Part shown: positions 60,774-64,000 of the stretch, one piece after another
How positions within the stretch are numbered: position 1 is the first letter of the stretch
Layout: the number at the start of each line of letters is the position of its first letter
Assembly: GCA_963674755.2 (NCBI GenBank)
Contig: CAXXVS010000002.1
Span: 1,888,001 to 1,952,000 of the forward strand
Origin: Desulfobacterales bacterium
Lineage (GTDB): Bacteria; Desulfobacterota; Desulfobacteria; Desulfobacterales; UBA5852
Length of the DNA: 64,000 bases
Reading direction: 5' to 3'
Notes under the pieces: generated by a model
Databases searched by the model: none
The model's input: the letters and a program-made list of their open reading frames with translations, nothing else
Told to the model about the DNA's origin: nothing
Program-made: the position numbers and the translations under genes

Positions 60774-62515
60774 TGGTCGGCAACCCTCCCCTGAATAGTG
60801 CGGCAAGGGCGGCCATCCTGCCGGCCGGCAAAGGCATCCGCCACGATACGGACCATCGCACGGAATCCGTTTTCCGGCAGGACGGCGCTCTGATTGGGAC
60901 AGACGGCCGCACAGCTGCCGCACCCCATGCAGCGCACCGGGTCCACCATCGCCCGCCAGCCGGTTGGGGTCTGTTCCAGACGGCAGGCCGTAAACGGACA
61001 GACTGCCACACAATTGCCACAGCCCGTGCAGGTCTCCGGCAACACCTGGGCACAGGCCGCACGGGCCTTCTGAAAACTGATCAACTCGGAGGCCCGGCAG
61101 ACCGGGCGGGACACCAGATGCAGGGCCTTGGCGGCCGCGGCCCGGCCCTGGGTCATGGCCCCTTCGACCATCACCGGCCAGCGCGCGGCGCCGCATACAA
61201 ACAGGCCCGGGGCCGAGGTTTCCACCGTGTGCAGAAAGGGCTGCACCCGGTAGAAGCCGTGGCGCTCCGCCGGGAGCGGGATGGCCCGGTTCTCCCGGGG
61301 CTCCAGCGGAGTGCTGAGCACCACGCGCTGCGCTGCGATCGAGCGCTCCCGGCCGGACAGGGCATCCGCGACCGTTACGCCGGTGACCTTGTCTCGGCCT
61401 TCGATACGGGGCGGCTCCTGCGGATCGAAGCGGATGAACAGTACCCCGGCGGCCGTGGCCCGGCGGTACAGGGCCTCCAGCTGGCGGCCGGGGCTCATGA
61501 TGTCCCGGTGCAGAATGGTCACCGCCATTCCGGGATCGCCCTCCTTCAAGCGGATGGCGTTTTTGAGGGCCGCCGGACAGCAGACCGCCGAACAATAGGA
61601 GCGCTCCTGGTTGCGGACATTCACACACTGGATGAAAACCGTGTCCCCGCCGATGGGTCCACCGTCCCGGAAGGCCTTCTCCATTTCCATGCCGCTGATC
61701 ACCCCGGGCAACTCGCCGTAGCGGTAGATGCCCCGGGAGAGCCGCGGCTTGGCCCCGGTGGCCACGATTACCGCCCCGGCCGTGAGATGCGTCTCCCCGT
61801 TCTTGCCGGACAGACGGGCCTCAAAATTTCCGGCGCTGCCGCTGAGCGCCGCCACCCGGGTGCCGAGATGCACCTGGATATGGGGATCGTTTTGGATCGC
61901 TTCCACCAGCGGCTCCCGCATGGCGTCCGCGCCCTGGTTCGACGGCGTCACCCGTCCGAGGTAGTTCAGCATGCCGCCCAGCCGGCCGGTCGCTTCCACC
62001 AGGGTCACAGCGACCCCGGCGCGCCCCAGGGCCGCTGCCGCGGCCAGGCCGGCCGGCCCGCCGCCCATGACCAGAACGCGTTGGCAGACCGCGATGTCAA
62101 TATCCGGCGGAGCCTCGCGGTAGCGCAGGGCCGTGATGCCCATACGGATCAGGTCCGCGGCCTTGGCCGTGGCCGCCTCTGATTGAGCGGCGTGAATCCA
62201 GGCGCATCCCTCGCGGATATCGGTGACCATCACCCGTGCGGGATCGACGCCGTAAGCTTCGAGGCGGTCGATCAGGTCCTCGCCCCGGGCCAGTGGGGAG
62301 CAGCCCGCGATCAGGAGCCGGGTTCCGTTGTCGGCTTGCATGCGTCGGGCCAGGTTGGCCAGGATATCGCCCAAGCACAGGGCGTCACAACTCTCGACGG
62401 AAGCCACCCGGTCATCACCGGCCAACTGCCGTTGCAACCGGTTAAAACTCACGATATCGCCGATCTCCCCGTGGCAGCGGCATAAGATGCAATTAACGAC
62501 AGGGAAAGCGGTCAT
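60770..62515 (-). CDS. hdrA: HdrA-like flavoprotein (QmoB-like, MvhD separate)
   Basis: CRC N-terminus, IREGCAWIH, GGGPAG, CSAVCC, C-terminal 2[4Fe-4S]. Confidence 0.85.
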   Translation of the reverse strand: MTAFPVVNCILCRCHGEIGDIVSFNRLQRQLAGDDRVASVESCDALCLGDILANLARRMQADNGTRLLIAGCSPLARGEDLIDRLEAYGVDPARVMVTDIREGCAWIHAAQSEAATAKAADLIRMGITALRYREAPPDIDIAVCQRVLVMGGGPAGLAAAAALGRAGVAVTLVEATGRLGGMLNYLGRVTPSNQGADAMREPLVEAIQNDPHIQVHLGTRVAALSGSAGNFEARLSGKNGETHLTAGAVIVATGAKPRLSRGIYRYGELPGVISGMEMEKAFRDGGPIGGDTVFIQCVNVRNQERSYCSAVCCPAALKNAIRLKEGDPGMAVTILHRDIMSPGRQLEALYRRATAAGVLFIRFDPQEPPRIEGRDKVTGVTVADALSGRERSIAAQRVVLSTPLEPRENRAIPLPAERHGFYRVQPFLHTVETSAPGLFVCGAARWPVMVEGAMTQGRAAAAKALHLVSRPVCRASELISFQKARAACAQVLPETCTGCGNCVAVCPFTACRLEQTPTGWRAMVDPVRCMGCGSCAAVCPNQSAVLPENGFRAMVRIVADAFAGRQDGRPCRTIQGRVADQ

Positions 62516-63735
62516 CGAACCACCTCCGTCAGGGTCTCCATGGCCGCCGCCGAACCCTGGACCGCCGCCGTCTCCACATCGGCCGGTGCCTTGCAGAAGC
62601 CGCAGCTTCGAGCCCCGGGAACGTCTTCTGCCACAAAACCGCCCGCGGCAAGGCAGGAGGCCTCCACGGCCTCGGGTACGGCCGGTCGCAGGCCGCCGTT
62701 CAGCACCACCAGATCGAAGCGTTCCATGGCCGGCGTCCGGGTGAGGGTGTTTTCATACTTGACGGCGATCCCGTCGCCGCCGGGCAGGGGGTAGACCAGT
62801 CCCGGCCGGGCACGGACCATTTCGATGCCTTCGGCAAGGGCCGCCTGGCGGAAATAGGTTTCGTAGCCGTGCCCCTCGGTCCGCAAATCCGTATAGAAGA
62901 TTACGCACCGGCCATCGCCCTGGCGGCGCCGCACCCAGCGGGCCTGTTTGAGGGCATGCATGCAACAGACCGCGCTGCAGTGGGACTGCAGCCGCCGGTC
63001 GCGCGCTCCGGCGCACTGGATGAACGCCACCCGGGTGGCCGGCCGGCCGTCGTGACAGCGGATCGCCCCCTGGTTGGGACCGGCCTCGGCGATCCAGGTT
63101 TCAAAGGCCAGGGCATCCATGATGTCCGGGTGGCTGCCGGCACCGAATTCCGGGGCCGGCGCCAAATCGGCCGCCTCAAACCCCGTGGCCCAGATCACGC
63201 CGCCAATCCGGAGCCGCTGCGCCTCGGCCGGACGATGCAGATCCACGGCGCCCGTGGGACAGGCCTCGCTGCAACGGCCGCAGCCGGTGCAGCGTGCCGC
63301 ATCGATCCGGAAGACCGGCGGATAGACGTGCGGCGCCGTCAATGCCACGGCGTTTTCTTCGCATGCCGCCGCACACCGTCCGCAGCAGATGCAGCGCTCA
63401 GGATCGATGGCGTTGGGCGACGTGTGCAGCACCGCGGTCTGAAAGCCCTCGCCGGGCATCAGTTCGGAAACAGTGGTCCAGGTGTGAACGCTGATCCGGG
63501 GATGGCGCCGACAGAGGCGGGCCTCGGACCAGACCGGGCAGAAACCGCAATGATCGGTGGGGTAGAGTTTGTCCAGGTGCGCCGTCCGGCCGCCCAGTTC
63601 GCCGGCGCGCTCCACCAGATGGACGCTTCGGCCGGCCCGGGCCAGGTCGAGGGCCGCGCTGATGCCGGCCACCCCGCCGCCCACCACCAGGACGGGATCG
63701 GCAATGGCATCGGATTGGGCGGGCTGTTCCATCAT
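62512..63735 (-). CDS. hdrA: HdrA-like flavoprotein (QmoA-like size) with inserted ferredoxin
   Basis: GGGVAG, LDKLYPTDHCGFC, FIQCAGARD, CSAVCCMHALKQA. Confidence 0.85.
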   Translation of the reverse strand: MMEQPAQSDAIADPVLVVGGGVAGISAALDLARAGRSVHLVERAGELGGRTAHLDKLYPTDHCGFCPVWSEARLCRRHPRISVHTWTTVSELMPGEGFQTAVLHTSPNAIDPERCICCGRCAAACEENAVALTAPHVYPPVFRIDAARCTGCGRCSEACPTGAVDLHRPAEAQRLRIGGVIWATGFEAADLAPAPEFGAGSHPDIMDALAFETWIAEAGPNQGAIRCHDGRPATRVAFIQCAGARDRRLQSHCSAVCCMHALKQARWVRRRQGDGRCVIFYTDLRTEGHGYETYFRQAALAEGIEMVRARPGLVYPLPGGDGIAVKYENTLTRTPAMERFDLVVLNGGLRPAVPEAVEASCLAAGGFVAEDVPGARSCGFCKAPADVETAAVQGSAAAMETLTEVVR

Positions 63736-64000
63736 TCCGTCCCCTCGGGGTCTTTCAACCCGTGGTTGCGGGCGATTTGTTCCAGACGCTTACCGAACCA
63801 GGTCACGAAATCGTCCTGTTCGAACTCATAGGGCCCGAGCCGGTCTTCGGGACGCATGGCAATTCTCTTTTCCGGCGCCGGGTAGCGTTTGGGATCCTCA
63901 TAGGCCACCCGGATCGCGAGGGGCTGGGTGGGACAACGGCGCACGCAGGCCCCGCAGCCGTTGCAGCGTTCGGCGATCACCACCGGATAGCGGCGCTTTT
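63732..64000 (-). CDS. 4Fe-4S protein C-terminus (possibly NapG/MauM-like), 5' part outside window
   Basis: PVVIAERCNGCGACVRRCP; stop overlaps next start. Confidence 0.6.
   Translation of the reverse strand, partial: KRRYPVVIAERCNGCGACVRRCPTQPLAIRVAYEDPKRYPAPEKRIAMRPEDRLGPYEFEQDDFVTWFGKRLEQIARNHGLKDPEGTE

Noticed and set aside
57399..61628. Apparent long N-terminal extensions/fusions of FdhF (810 aa) and MvhD (449 aa); likewise KorB and the CoA-transferase
   Set aside because: Extensions overlap upstream genes or promoters; downstream starts fit family lengths.

Overview
GC-rich bacterial chromosomal window; gene content (selB, kor, Hdr/Mvh/Fdh, many sigma54 activators) suggests an anaerobic Desulfobacterota/deltaproteobacterium (inference). 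Bases 1-14,035 are a decayed accessory region beside tRNA-Arg(UCG)/tRNA-His. It holds an IS110-family recombinase whose 3' non-coding end folds into a bridge/seekRNA-like structure with guides matching the flanking target site, an IS3 remnant, and intact IS1182-like and IS21 elements, each with a 6-bp TSD and each splitting a gene. It also holds two c-di-GMP-I riboswitches leading small lipoprotein genes, two tandem ~50-aa paralogs, Mrr and GxxExxY remnants, and a 1.9-kb tRNA-integrated island remnant retaining a nucleotidyltransferase/partner pair. The core part has selB, a DUF2333-like gene, a His-less sensor kinase, a 4x141-bp MITE-like array, hemW, korDABC, acnA, icd, two tripartite tricarboxylate transporters, a PrpR-like activator, prpF, tcuAB, a CoA-transferase and a two-component system. 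It ends in an operon combining two HdrA-like proteins, MvhD, a formate dehydrogenase, HdrC-like and NapH-like membrane ferredoxins. All calls come from reading the sequence and translations; no searches were run.
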